A stretch of 64,000 nucleotides of DNA from Phyllobates terribilis (Eukaryota), in contig NW_027362762.1 of NCBI RefSeq assembly GCF_046119375.1, forward strand, positions 380,184,001-380,248,000. The letters run 5' to 3'. A program made the translations under genes and the position numbers. Positions 24,112 to 36,332 of the stretch are shown here, piece by piece. Below the pieces are notes generated by a model that searched no databases, had not been told where the DNA came from, and worked only from the letters and a program-made list of their open reading frames with translations. Position 1 is the first letter of the stretch. Each line of letters starts with the position of its first letter.

Positions 24112-25554
24112 TCAGACTAGTTCTAAAAGAAAGTTTAGAAGGTGTTCAAACTTCTGGGACTCCCACTGTTTGTCAAGAACGAGGGCCAAGGGACATGACA
24201 AGTTTGCACTGTCAATTTCCACAGAGATGGATGGACGTATGTAAAATAGCTGAGTGCATTTTAATCAGGTTTGTCTCCAGTTAGATTCTCCCATAATGTG
24301 TCCTGATCCTGCTCTTTCCCTGGACCTATGTTCTTTTTTTTTTTTTTTTGGTGTGACTTATGTTCATTATTATGAAGGGAGATTAATAGTAGAGATCAGA
24401 AGAGCTCATAAAGATAGTGAGTTTGCTGTATCACATTGACCATTTTCTCTGGAGGACTGCTAGTTGATTGACATTGGTAGGTACTGATAAATGCTTCAAT
24501 TCTATCTGAAAGACACAACCTAGAAGGATTTCTGACATCACAACCAACTAATCATCGGAGATACCCGCAATGGTAATAAAGGAGGTGAAAAAGGATTGAC
24601 CAAAACCATAATGACTTAAGGTATATTGTAATTAGCTTTTATTATGTTTTAATGAATCATGAAAAATAAAGGTAATTGCCTGAAGCCACAGTGCTAAACT
24701 ACACTTAAATACCTTTCCAAACATATTCTGGTGAAAAAAGGAAGGTTTAGATCAGGGGTGCAACACATTTTTGGCCCAAGGGCCACATTGTCATACAGAA
24801 CCAATCCGAAATTTAAATGGGTACTTACATGAATACACCACCAGCACCACCGTCAGTACATTAATACATCATCAGAACTAAGTTTCTGAGAGTTTCTGCC
24901 CAGTTTCTGCTCAAAAAGAGGAGTGTGAACACACATTGAGTTTTTGGAGCAGAAACTCAACCAAATCCTACTCATAATCTCAAAACTAACTTTTGAGGCT
25001 CTTTCAGTTTTAACATGAAGCACATTATTAACTGCTACATAATTAGAATCACCGTCAGTATATGAATGCCTCACCAGAACCACAATCAGTACATGAATGA
25101 AGCTCCAGAACCATCACAAGTACATGAATACATCACCAAGCTTAGTACAGTGATCAATTACAGTTTCAATTCAGCCCCATATACATGTGTATCACTTGAA
25201 CCTGCAACTCTTAGTAGGTCCTGAACAATGGTAAGGAGATACTGGGAGTTGTTGTCACTAGTCATCATCAGACTGCGGATCATGCATGAACCATATTACT
25301 GATGACACGTAGTCAGTATCACAAATAAACATTTACATCCAGGTATTGGATTTACATCTAGTTATTGTTCGAACATATGTCCTGTGGTTCTGCTTAATTT
25401 GACACAAGTGATTATTGGGTACCCGATCAATTACATAACGATCCTAATAATTGGAAATCAAATTAAGGAGTCCTGTATGCACATTAATTTTTTAACATAG
25501 AGCGCGCTTTGCTTCCTCCCGGCCCGTCTCTCCGTGCACTGCGCCGCAGGAATC

Positions 25555-25605
25555 TATTGCGCAGGCGCCGGGAAGTGACAGTGACTTCCCGGCGCCTGCG
25601 CAATG
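25555..25605. repeat. GC-rich hairpin (MITE core remnant)
   Basis: TTGCGCAGGCGCCGGGAAGT / ACTTCCCGGCGCCTGCGCAA, a 20-bp perfect inverted repeat. Confidence 0.7.
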
Positions 25606-25659
25606 GGTCAGGAATAAAGCTGTGTAGAAGGGTAAAGCAGGGTTAGGTTATAAAAAATA

Positions 25660-26481
25660 GTCCAAACTGTGAACATCCCATGGAGCACTGGTCAATCTAT
25701 CATCCAAAAATGGATTGAGTATCGCACAACTGCAAACCTACCAAGACATGGCCGTCCTCCTATACTGTCATCCCAAGCAAGGAGCACACTAATTAGAGAA
25801 GCAGCCAAGAGGCCCATGGTCATTCTGGAGGAGCATCAGAGATCCACAGCTCAGGTGGGAGAATCTGTCCACAGGACAACTATTAGTCGTATACTCCACA
25901 AATTTGGCCTTTATAGAAGAGTGGCAAGAAGAAAGCCATGTTTGGATGCAAGCTATAAGAAGTCCTGGTTGGAGTTTGCTAAAAGCCATGTAGTGGACAC
26001 AGCTAGCATGTAGAAGAAGGTGTTCTCGTCAGATGAGACCAAAGTAGAAATTTTTGGGCTAAATGCAAAATGCTATTTGTAGTAGAATACTAACATTGCA
26101 CATCACCCTGAAAACACCATCACCACCGTCAAAGATGGTGGTGGCAGCATCATGTGGTGGAGGTGCTTTTCTTCAGCAGGAACAGACACTTTCCATACAA
26201 TTTCACTGAGCTAAAGCTAGTTTGTAAAGAAAAAGGGACAAAAATTTAAGCATTTAAATGTGACTCAGGGGAGATGAATAGAAATGCACATCACAAATTT
26301 CAGATTTTTATTTTTAAAATAATTAGAAAACCATGTATCATATCCTTTACACTTCACAAATACTTGTTACTTGGTGTTGGTATATCACATAAAATCCAAT
26401 TAAAATACATTTATGTTTGTGGGTGTAATGTGAAAAAAATTGAAAAAGTTCATTGGGTATGAATACTTTTTGATGGCACTG
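25660..26481 (+). mobile_element. Tc1 remnant
   Basis: LPRHGRPP...VARRKP, SDETK and GGGSIM remnants; ends ...GGCACTG|TA. Confidence 0.8.
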
Positions 26482-26865
26482 TATGTGACAGGAATTCAGT
26501 AACAGTATATAAATAGTGTTTGGTATGTACAAAGTATTAAATAGTATACAAAATTGATATTATAACATACTTAACATAAATTGCCTAAAGCAAGACACAG
26601 GTGAAATATAATAAAACAAGCGGTTCCCAATTCCGCGGTTCCCAATAAAACAAGCAGTTCCCAATACACGAGAACAGCGGGATCAAGGACATATATACAA
26701 ACAAAAACACAGAGAGAAAAGTGCATGTCCATGTGTGCACACAAGAGGTGTTAGTGTGCTAGTGTCATATAGAGGGTATCAGAGACCCTGGAATTCTGAA
26801 ATACTCATTGAAGCTGAACAGATGCCATAATATACTTGATAATTTATTTTATTATGGAACAACTA

Positions 26866-28323
26866 CAGTGCTGTCAGTTAATGCAAACGTTAATAGACCT
26901 GAAATCTAAATGTTTAAGAAAGTAAGTGAGGTTTTGTCTTTCTTAGGAGAATATCTATGTGTGCATACTTATTGGGCAACTATTAGTGTGCAGAATAATT
27001 TTGCAGCTAAATTAAAAATGTAAATTTTCCCATCTCCAATTGCTTATTTTCATCTCTTACATTGAGGATAATAAGGAAACAACTCAAAATGTACACAAAT
27101 ACATTTCTGACATTTCCAAAAAAATATCAGTGACCAATATAGCCACCTTTCTTTTCAAAAATAATTATAAGCCTTCCATCCATGGAGTCTGTCAGTTTCT
27201 TATTCTGTTGACGATCAACTTTTTTGGGCAGCTCCAACCACAGCCTCTCAGATTCTGTTCAGAAAGGTGTACTATTTTACTTCACTATAAAGTTCTCATT
27301 TTAGATGGCCCCACAAGTTCTCAATAGGGTTTAGATGAGAAGAGGAAGGGGCTATGTCATTATTCTTTCATCTATAAGTCCTTTACTGACTAGACAAGCA
27401 GTGGAGGACTTCAATGTATGTGATGGTGCATTGTCCTGCATATAAATCATGGATTTCTTCAATGATGTAGACTTTTTCCTGTACCACTGCTTGAAGAAAA
27501 TGTCTTCTAATAACTGGCAGTAGATTTGGGAGTTGATTTTGAGTCTGTCTTCAGCACGAAAAGGTCTAACCAGCTCATCTTAAATAATACCAGCCCAGAG
27601 CAGTTCCCCACCTCCACCTTGCTGGTGTCTGAGTCAAAAATGAGGTCTGTTCCCATTTCTGATCCAGCCATGGACCCATCCATCTGACTCATCAAGAGTC
27701 AATCTCATTTCATCAATCCATAAAACCTTTGAAAAATCTGTCTTCAGATATTTCTTGGCCCAGTCTTGACATTTCAACTTCTGTGTCCTGTTCTTTGGTG
27801 GTCAGGTTTCAGCATTCCTTAGCTTGGCCATGTCTCTAACCACTGAACACCTTGTACTTCTGGGCACTCCAGGGGAGGCTGCAGTTTTGGAACATGACAG
27901 CACTGGAGGAAAATTGGTTTCCAGCTGCTTCACGTTTTATTCTTCTCAAATCTTTGGCAGTTAATGTGCATCTTTTTCGCAAAACATTTTGTGTGGCCCT
28001 GTTGACTATTTGCAACAAAACTTTTGATGGTTGTATGATCACACCCCAATATCTTAGCAATTTCAAGATGCTGCATCCCATAAATCTGGTCCAATGTTCT
28101 GGACCATTTTGCCTGAAGAAAACAAACTGCCTAATAATTCTGCACACCTTAGTAATGGGTGTTGATATTCTTAGGCCACACTTTACCTCATTATGCAAAT
28201 ACACATCACTTGATCGGCTTCATCCAATAAGCATTCAAGTTTATACAGATTGAAGTTGGAAATATGGATAAAAATGATCATATGATCAAAATATTCACTT
28301 GCCCAAAAATTGTGCACACAGTG
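26866..28323 (-). mobile_element. Degenerate near-full-length TRT (DD37E) Tc1
   Basis: Same family as 17710-18680 (QDNAPSH; terminus ...GCACACAGTG|TA); multiple stops and frameshifts. Confidence 0.75.
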
Positions 28324-29520
28324 TAGATTGGGGCAAAAACATGTTGAATAATTACAGCGATACCCACAAATATAAAATGAGTATGAAGTATTACATTGGG
28401 AAACAATTTTGAACATAATTTTTGTTGAGTTTGATTTTATTGCTAATTTAGACTAAAATAGTCATGTTCATTTCAAAACTGTTAGTTTTCTTCTATCCTG
28501 TCAGTTATTTTCTTAGCAGCTTATCTTAATACAATTACTCTAGGTTGCATCTAGTGGTCTATTGGCCGAGAGCAAACCGCCTTTGAGTGGTAAGGGGTGG
28601 AGGATGACCTTGGCGACCAGAAACAAGTTGTCATTTGTTTAAGCTATTCAGTTTACATGTGAGACAAGGTGGTGAGAGTTTTGTGCGGCTCTATTTAGTG
28701 AAACATATTCCGTAAGTCTGTATACAAGAGGTTAGCAGAACTTATTTTTTTATTTACACACTTTTTTCCCTTCTTTCACATCATGTCTGTCTGTTTCTTA
28801 TCGTAAGTACCTAAGCAGCCCTGATTCTTTTTGTTATATCTGTGGCAGTTTCACAATTCCCAGTCAATGGAAAAACATCAGCACATTTATCAAGTCAGCC
28901 TATTTTGAATATTTCAGAGTAAAACTTGGTGAGCAAGATAAGTCTTGAACCCTCACAAGGTGTGCAAGCAGTTGTCAAAAGTTTACGGATGTGGACGAAG
29001 GGAACACGTGATAAGACGCCATTTGATATACCTATGGTTTGGCGACAGCCAAGAGATCATTCCAGTGACGGTTACTTTTGAAAAGTTAAAATTTCAGGAT
29101 ATAACAAGAAAAATAAATATAAAATAGAGTATCCTAGTCTACCATCAGCTATGCATCCAGTGCCTCATTCAGCGGAAATTGCAGTGCCAGTTTTCCTTGA
29201 AATCCCCCTTTTCAAAAACAGCATTATGGTGAAGAACAAAGCGACAGCAAGAAGATTTTGAAATTGAAGATGTCTCAAGATAAAGATTGAAGATGTTTAT
29301 AAGGGATTTGAAAAGCATTAGTTGAACGATTTGGCATAAGATTTGGGACCATCAAAAAAGGCTTCAGAACTCCTACCATCAAGACCTTGCTTGAAAAAGG
29401 AGCAAAGATATCCTACTTTCGATGGAGAAAAAGTGCATTTCTGCAATACTTTAGAAGTGACAGTGGCTTTGTGAATTGCCATAACTTACATGGTTTAATT
29501 GAGGAATTAGGAATTCCAAT

Positions 29521-29591
29521 TAGTGTTGATCGAGTATGCCACCCGAGTGTGCTCGCCGAAAGGGTTAATGAGGCATATTCGATCATCACTA
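29521..29591. mobile_element. 71-bp hAT-type miniature element
   Basis: TIR TAGTG(T/A)TGATCGA; 8-bp TSD ATTCCAAT (29513-20 and 29592-99). Confidence 0.85.
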
Positions 29592-29652
29592 ATTCCAATC
29601 TGTAACTCAAATGAAAGGTGAATGTTCATTGATAGCTCAAATCGAAGCTTAA

Positions 29653-30935
29653 CCCCTTTCCAACCCATGACGTCTTAGTACGCACATTTGCGTACCCCCC
29701 GTTCAGTGAGGGCTGCTGCGCTGAGCCCTCACTGAACCGAGCACATGTCAGCTGAGTCTTACAGCTGACATGTGCCCGCAACAGCCGCGGGTGGAATCGC
29801 GATCCACCTGCGGCTGTTAACATGTTAAATGCCACTGTCAATCTCCGACAGCGGCATTTAACGCGCGCTTCCGGGTTGCGCGTCATAAGCCCCGCCCATC
29901 GGCGACCCCGTCACGTGATCGCGGGTCACCGATGGGTGGGCATGACAACCCAGGGTCTGCAGCAGACGCCTGTGGTTGTCATGATCTGGTCGCTATGAGC
30001 GCCACCTAGTGGTCGGCGCTCATAGCACAGGACCATTTCGGCTGCATGCAGGGGATCTGCTCGTCCCCTGTATGTAGCAGAGACGATCAGACAACTGCTG
30101 CTTCTAGTCTCCTATGGAGACTATTGAAGCATGCAGTAAGTGAAAAAAAAAAGTTTTTAAAAATATAAAAAAAATTAAAAAAATATAAAAGTTTAAATCA
30201 CCCCCCTTTCACCCCATTCAAAATAAAATATATATATAAAAAAAAAACCTACATAGACATATTTGGTATCGCTGTGTTCAGAATCGCCCCATCTATCAAT
30301 ATAAAAAAAGAATTAATCCGATCGGTAAACGGTGTAACGAGAAAAAAATTCTAAACGCCAGAATTACGTTTTTTGGTCACCCCAAAATTGCAATAAAATG
30401 CAATAACGGGCGATCAAAACATCGGATCTACCCCAAAATGTTATCAATAAAAACATCAGCCCGGCGCGCAAAAAATAAGCCCTCACCCAGCCCCAGATCA
30501 CGAAAAATGGAGACGCTACAGGTCTCGGAAAATGGTGCTATTTTTATTTTTTTTTACCAAATTTTGGAATTTTTTTTCACCACTTAAATATAAAAGAACC
30601 TATACATGTTTGGTGTCTACGAACTCATAATGACCTGGAGAATAAGAATGGCAGGTCAGTTTTAGCATTCAGTGAACGTGGTAAAAAAAAATAAATAAAA
30701 AACAACTGTTGTATTGCACTTTTTTTGCAATTTTACCGCACTTGGAATTTTTTCCCCGTTTTACCGTACACAATATGGTAAAACTAGTAATGGCATTGAA
30801 AAGTACAACTCGTCCCGCAAAAAATAAGCTCTCACACGGCCATATTGACCAAAAAATAAAAACGCTATGGCTCTGGGAACAAGGGGAGCAAAAAACGAAA
30901 AAGCAAAAACGACAAAGCCCAAGGTTGCGAAAGGG
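29653..30935. mobile_element. Non-autonomous piggyBac-like element (1283 bp)
   Basis: TTAA TSD on both sides; ends CCCTTTC...GAAAGGG; internal palindromes; no transposase. Confidence 0.88.
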
Positions 30936-31155
30936 TTAAAGTGTGTCCTCCTTCACAATGGCAATTTATTTGGTGCAGTACCAATTGACTATTCAGTTTC
31001 TCTTTGTGAAAAATATGCACACATAAAGAAAGTCATTGAGTTGTTGTAATATCACAAACACAATTGGATCATCTGTGTTGATCTTAAAATGGTATGCTTA
31101 CTTCTTGGTAAGCAATGCAGATACACCAAGTATCAATATCTGAAAAAAACATATA

Positions 31156-31900
31156 CAGTGGGAAAAATAAGTATTTAATACACTGCTGATTTTGCAAGTT
31201 TTCCCACCTACAAAGAATGGAGAGGTCTGTAATTTTTATTGTAGGTATACTTCAACTGTGAGAGACCGAATCTAAAAATAAAAAATAAAATCACATTGTA
31301 TCATTTTTAAATAATTAGATTGCATTTTATTGCACAAAGTAAGTATTTGATCACCTACCAAACAGCAAGAATTCTGGCTCTCACAGACCTGTTAGTTTTT
31401 CTTTAAGAAGCACTCCTACTCTGCACTCATTACCTATATTAATTTCACCTGTTTGAACTTGTTACCTGAATAAAAGACACCTGTCCACATAATTAATGAC
31501 ACAAAAAAAGAGCTGCCTAAGGACATCAGGGACAAAATTGTAGACCTGCACAAGGCTGGGATGGGCTACAGGACAATTGGTAAGCAGCTTGGTGAGAAGG
31601 CAACAACTGTTGGCACAATTATTAGAAAATGGAAGAAACACAAGATGACTGTCAATCTTACTCGATCTGGGGCTCCATGCAACATCTCGCCTCGTGGGAT
31701 AAGGATGATTCTGAGAAAGGTCAGGAATCAGCCCAGAACTACACGGGAGGACCTGGTCAATGACCTGACGAAAGCTGGTACGACAGTCTCAAACATCATG
31801 GATTAAAATCTTGCAGGGAACACAAGGTCCCCCTGCTCACGCCAGCACATGTCCACGCTCGTTTGAAGTTCACCAATGACCACCTGGATTTAAAACTGTG
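31156..31900 (+). mobile_element. Tc1 5' fragment
   Basis: TA|CAGTGGG...; [28 protein letters not shown]...RSGAPCNIS. Confidence 0.8.
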
Positions 31901-32129
31901 TTTTCTCAGTCACATGGATCACATATATGTTTTCAGAAAATACTGCCATTTCTGACCTCCATTAAAAAAAAATTCAGTTTGTCAGTGAAGCAATTGACAC
32001 CAGTTTGCTGTTCAAAATAGTTACCTACAGGCCAGGTATTTAAAACTATGCTTTGTCCATCACACAGATCACATATAAGTTTGCTCCAAATTCAGTCATT
32101 TGTAGTGAGCGTGGAAGATATTGTCCTCC

Positions 32130-33400
32130 ATTTAAAATGAGCAAGGCACGTGGCAAGGGACGGGGAACTGGACGTGATGGTGATGATGGTGCATGCAGAG
32201 GCCGAGGCTGTGGGGAAGCTAAAATTGTGCCACAACAAACACCCACATGTTCTCGCTCAACCTTCCTGTCCCAATTAATAGGGGACCGCAGAACACTACT
32301 ATTGAACACAGAGCAGTGTGAAAAGGTTATTGGTTTGATAGCAGATAATGCTTCCAGTCACTTAGCCACCACCACCACCTTGTCTTCCACATGGTCAAGT
32401 CTCAGGAGCTGTGAGTCTGGACCGCATATTCCTCACCCTGAACCTCCTTCCTCCCACGATGCCGAGTGAGCAGAGACAACTGATCCCACACTTGGACACT
32501 CCGGAGAGCTGTTTACTTTTCCATTTAGAGATTCCGGCCTCTCGTCCAGTCCACTTGAAGATGGCAAGAGGAGATTGCATGGAGTAATGCCCAAATATTT
32601 GAGCAGCCACGGTCACACAAAGGCGACAGTGGGAAAGTGTCACAAGAGGTGGACGAGGATGAGACACAATTACCAGAAAGTCAGGAGGAGGACCAGAGTG
32701 CGGAAGTGGAAGACGAGGTGATGGATGATATAGTAAGTGACCCAACCTGGCAGGAGGACATGCAAAGCGAGGACAGCAGCACACAGGGGGAAGGAGGCAG
32801 AGCACTCCAACAGGCAGGAAGAAGCAGTGTGGTGGCCGCAGAAAGAAGGCAGGCAGCCGCTCCCCGTAACACCAACATGAAGGAAGTTGCAAGTACAACT
32901 GTTAGGTCTTCCTGAGTCTGGTTGTTTTTTAAAGACTCTGCCAATGTTTGGCTGGCTGCATACTGGTGCTTGCATTTCAAGTAACAGAAAACTAAGCAGA
33001 TGGTGGCCTCTATCATCATCATGGCCTCACCTCGGCACTATGAACTATCCTGAAGGAGAAGTCAGGGCACACCGGAGGAATCTCCAGTTTTCTGGTGGGT
33101 CCGTCCAACCCTGCCGAGAAGCAGCCCTGGCTAAGAAAAGTGTGGGGGAAGGTTCCCAGACACTCTATGGCTGTTTTTTTTTTATGTGGCTTGGACGTGC
33201 TTATGCATGTTATTTCTCAAACCGCATTGCAGATCAGGCCATTGCCCAACTCTGTAGTCATGAAATTAAATGCGCAAAGAAAGATGTTTGCGTGTCAAAG
33301 CACCACCGACAAGTGCGAGTTGATGTTGGACGGGCGGCCATTGCTTCTGTAACAAGCTGCATTAGAAGACTTCCTGGGAGAAATGACACCCAAAGTTCAT
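32130..33400 (+). pseudogene. Degenerate hAT/ZBED-type transposase 5' region
   Basis: RG-rich start, acidic low-complexity stretch, then decayed BED-finger-like VRSS*VWLFF...RKLSR...HLGT. Confidence 0.5.
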
Positions 33401-33589
33401 TTTAATAATTGGCTGCGTCTGACCATGTACAGAACATACCACAGCTCCTGGGTAGGGGAGGAAGCAAAAGACAATACAGACATTACAGCAGGGGATCACA
33501 GAGGCTTCATTTTGTGAGGTAAAACAGTTCACTGCCTGTTTTTAAACAATATTTTACCTTACAAAATGAATTATCTTCGATCCCCTGCT

Positions 33590-34106
33590 GTAATGTCTGA
33601 CGAAATGCTGCTGGGTTAATGATGGCGGTTATTTTATAGGGACCAATAAACCTAGGTCCCAGCTTCCAAGAAGGAACTTTCAATCTTATATTCCTAGTAG
33701 ACAACCATACAAAGTCATTCATATTCAGGTCCGGACCTGGCAAGCGTTTTCTGTCAGCCATACGTTTATACCTGTCTCCTATAACCTTTAAATTACTCAG
33801 AACACCCTGCCATACCGAGGAGAGCGACGAAGCAAATCGTTCCTCCTCAGGAACTCCCAAAGCTCCTCCCCCACTAAAGGTACCAAACTGTGGGTGATAA
33901 CCGTATGCACCGAAGAACGGTGACCTGCCAGTGGATTCTTGACGATGATTATTAATGGCAAATTCTGCCAGCGGTAAGAAGGATGCCGAATCTTCCTGAT
34001 TTTCGGAGATGAAACACCTGAGGTAGGTCTACAAATTCTGATTGACACACTTTGTCTGTCCATTTGACTGAGGGTGGAAGGTAGAGGAAAAGGACAGCTG
34101 CACCCC
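33590..34106 (-). mobile_element. Integrase C-terminal fragment of a Tf1/sushi-type Gypsy (copy A, distal piece)
   Basis: FHPQSNGQT, LPLAEFAINN, FFGAYGYHP, VWLSTRNIRLKVPSWKLGPRFIGPYKI. Confidence 0.85.
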
Positions 34107-35409
34107 TGTCATGGATGTGTCAGAGGTGACAGTCGCCCTGCAGTTGGTTGCAGGAGATCTCTACGTTTGGCATTACAGACATCTTCTTAGAGGCTGGCTG
34201 TCTCTAGGACTCAGCGGCTACCTCCCTCTGGCTAATTATCTCCCTGGCCTGGGCGTATAAATACCTGGTGTGTCTGAGAGGGAGGTGCCGGTGATATTCA
34301 TTACTACTTGTGAGGCTTTAGCAAGAGCAGTACTTTGTCCTCTCTGGAGCTTGAGGCCGTGTGCACATTTGTTTGGAGTCGTCTAAAGCTAAGCAATTCC
34401 CCCCTGTTTGTCTACCCTTGTTGTATATAAAGTTTAGTGGAGATCAACTAGTGCTTATCTCCTTCCTTCCCTAACCTTAGCCATATGCCAGGGAAAGTCA
34501 GGGCGAGGCACACGTGCGGCGATTGGTGAAAAGCCAATATAGGAACGGTAGTTGAGACAGGGTGACACTAGATCATACTAAGAGGTCTCCACTCCCCTCT
34601 TAGCCTAGTGTCTGGGCTCCCTTTCCGTCTTCCCTCTGTGTTGCACACCTTGTGTGACATTATCGCCGGCCGAGCACGTTTTGAAGAGGAAAAAAAACTG
34701 ATATTTTTTTTCTCTGTGTTTTTGGGCGTGGACCTTTTTATTTTTTTCCTTTCTCCTTTGGTATGGCTTCAGTTGCAGAGCTTGCAGAGGGGCTCCACAG
34801 GCTGTTTCTGTAGGTGAATGACCTCCACGGTGAGGTACAGCAGCAGCATCAGCGCCTACAGGTCGCCAATACAGGGGTCTCTGCAGGTAGGCTTGCCCAA
34901 CCTGAACCCAAGGTTGCCCTCTCGGACAGGTTTTCCGGAGGTAGGGGCGAGTTTTTTGTATTCAAGGAGGCCTGCAAATTGTATTTTAAACTTCGTCCCT
35001 ATTCCTCCGGAAATGAGGAGCCACAGGTTGGAATTGTGATCTCTCCACTGCAGGGAGATCCTCAGTCGTGAGCGGTTGGGGGGTGTCTCTGCATCATACA
35101 TTTCCCCGGAGATTGGCTAGAAAAAAGGATAATGTTTTTTTTCTGGGAAAAAGGGACATTTTGTTGGGACCCGTCCTTCAATTACTAAACAAAAGGAGAC
35201 TCGATTAACTCTTGGTAGTCTGGAGTTGGATAAACAAGGGGTGCATTTGTGGCCACACTGCAGTTCCCACTTTGTCCTGACAGCAGAGGTGGTGCTAGAG
35301 AGCAAAACGAGAAAAATTCTGTGTTTGTTGACAGTGGAGCCGGAGTTAGCATGGTTGATGCTGAGTTTGTGAAAACTCATGGTCTTGCTTGCTGTACTTT
35401 AGCTAAACC
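34107..35409 (+). mobile_element. Tf1/sushi-type copy B: LTR (34107-34639), gag and protease fragments
   Basis: TGTCA...TGACA LTR with TATAAATA at 34256; gag-like PDRFSGGR..FF.FKEACKLYF; protease VFVDSGAG; truncated at the Tc1. Confidence 0.85.
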
Positions 35410-35411
35410 TA

Positions 35412-36332
35412 CAGTACAGACCAAAAGTTTGGACACACCTTCTCATTTAAAGATTTTTCTGTATTTTCATGACTATGAAAATTGTACATTCACACTAAAG
35501 GCATCAAAACTATGAATTAACACGTGGAATTATATACTTAACAAAAAAGTGTGAAACAATTGAAAATATGTCTTATATTCTAGGTTCTTCAAAGTAGACA
35601 CCTTTTGCTTTGATGACTGCTTTGCACACTCTTGGAATTCTCTTGATGAGCTTCAAGAGGTAGTCACCAGAAATGGTCTTCCAACAATCTTGAAGGAGTT
35701 CCCAGAGATGCTTAGCACTTGTTGGCCCTTTTGCCTTCACTCTGCGGTCCAGCTCACCCCAAACCATCTCGATTGGGTTCAGGTCTGGTGACTGTGAAGG
35801 CCAGGTCATCTGGTGTAGCACCCCATCACTCACCTTTTTGGTCAAATAGCCCTTACAGAGACTGGAGGTGTGTTTGGGGTCATTGTCCTGTTTAAAAATA
35901 AATGATGGTCCAACTAAACGCAAACCGGATGGAATAGCATGCCGCTGCAAGATGCTGTGGTAGCCATGCTGGTTCAATATGCATTCAATTTTGAATAAAT
36001 CTCCAACCGTGTCACCAGCAAAGCACCCCCACACCATCACACCTCCGCCTCCATGCTTCACGGTGGGAATCAGGCATGTAGAGTCCATTCGTTCACCTTT
36101 TCTGCGTCGCCCAATGACACGGTGTTTGGAACCAAAGATCTCAAATTTGGACTCATCAGACCAAAGCACAGATTTACACTGGTCTATTGTCCATTCATTG
36201 TGTTCTTTAGACCAAACAAGTGTCTTCTGCTTGTTGCCTGTCCTTAGCAGTGGTTTCCTAGCAGCTATTTTACCATGAAGGCCTGCTGCACAAAGTCTCC
36301 TCTTAACAGTTGTTGTAGAGATGTGTCTGCTG
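35412..36332 (-). mobile_element. 5'-truncated Tc1 (same family as 56219-57837)
   Basis: TA|CAGTACAGACCAAAAG TIR; ORF 35573..36343 with SDE, QDNDPKH and SPDLNPIE; fused to a Gypsy LTR stub. Confidence 0.9.

Larger units (their letters stand above)
28850..31135 (+). pseudogene. Fossil DNA-transposon transposase, Chapaev3/CMC-like, split by two insertions
   Basis: CYICG...AYFEYFRVKLGEQDKS, PMVWRQPRDH, ELNDL, and FIDSSNRSL|KCVLLHNGN...WIICVDLK, which reads through once the TTAA insertion is removed; superfamily assigned from memory. Confidence 0.65.
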
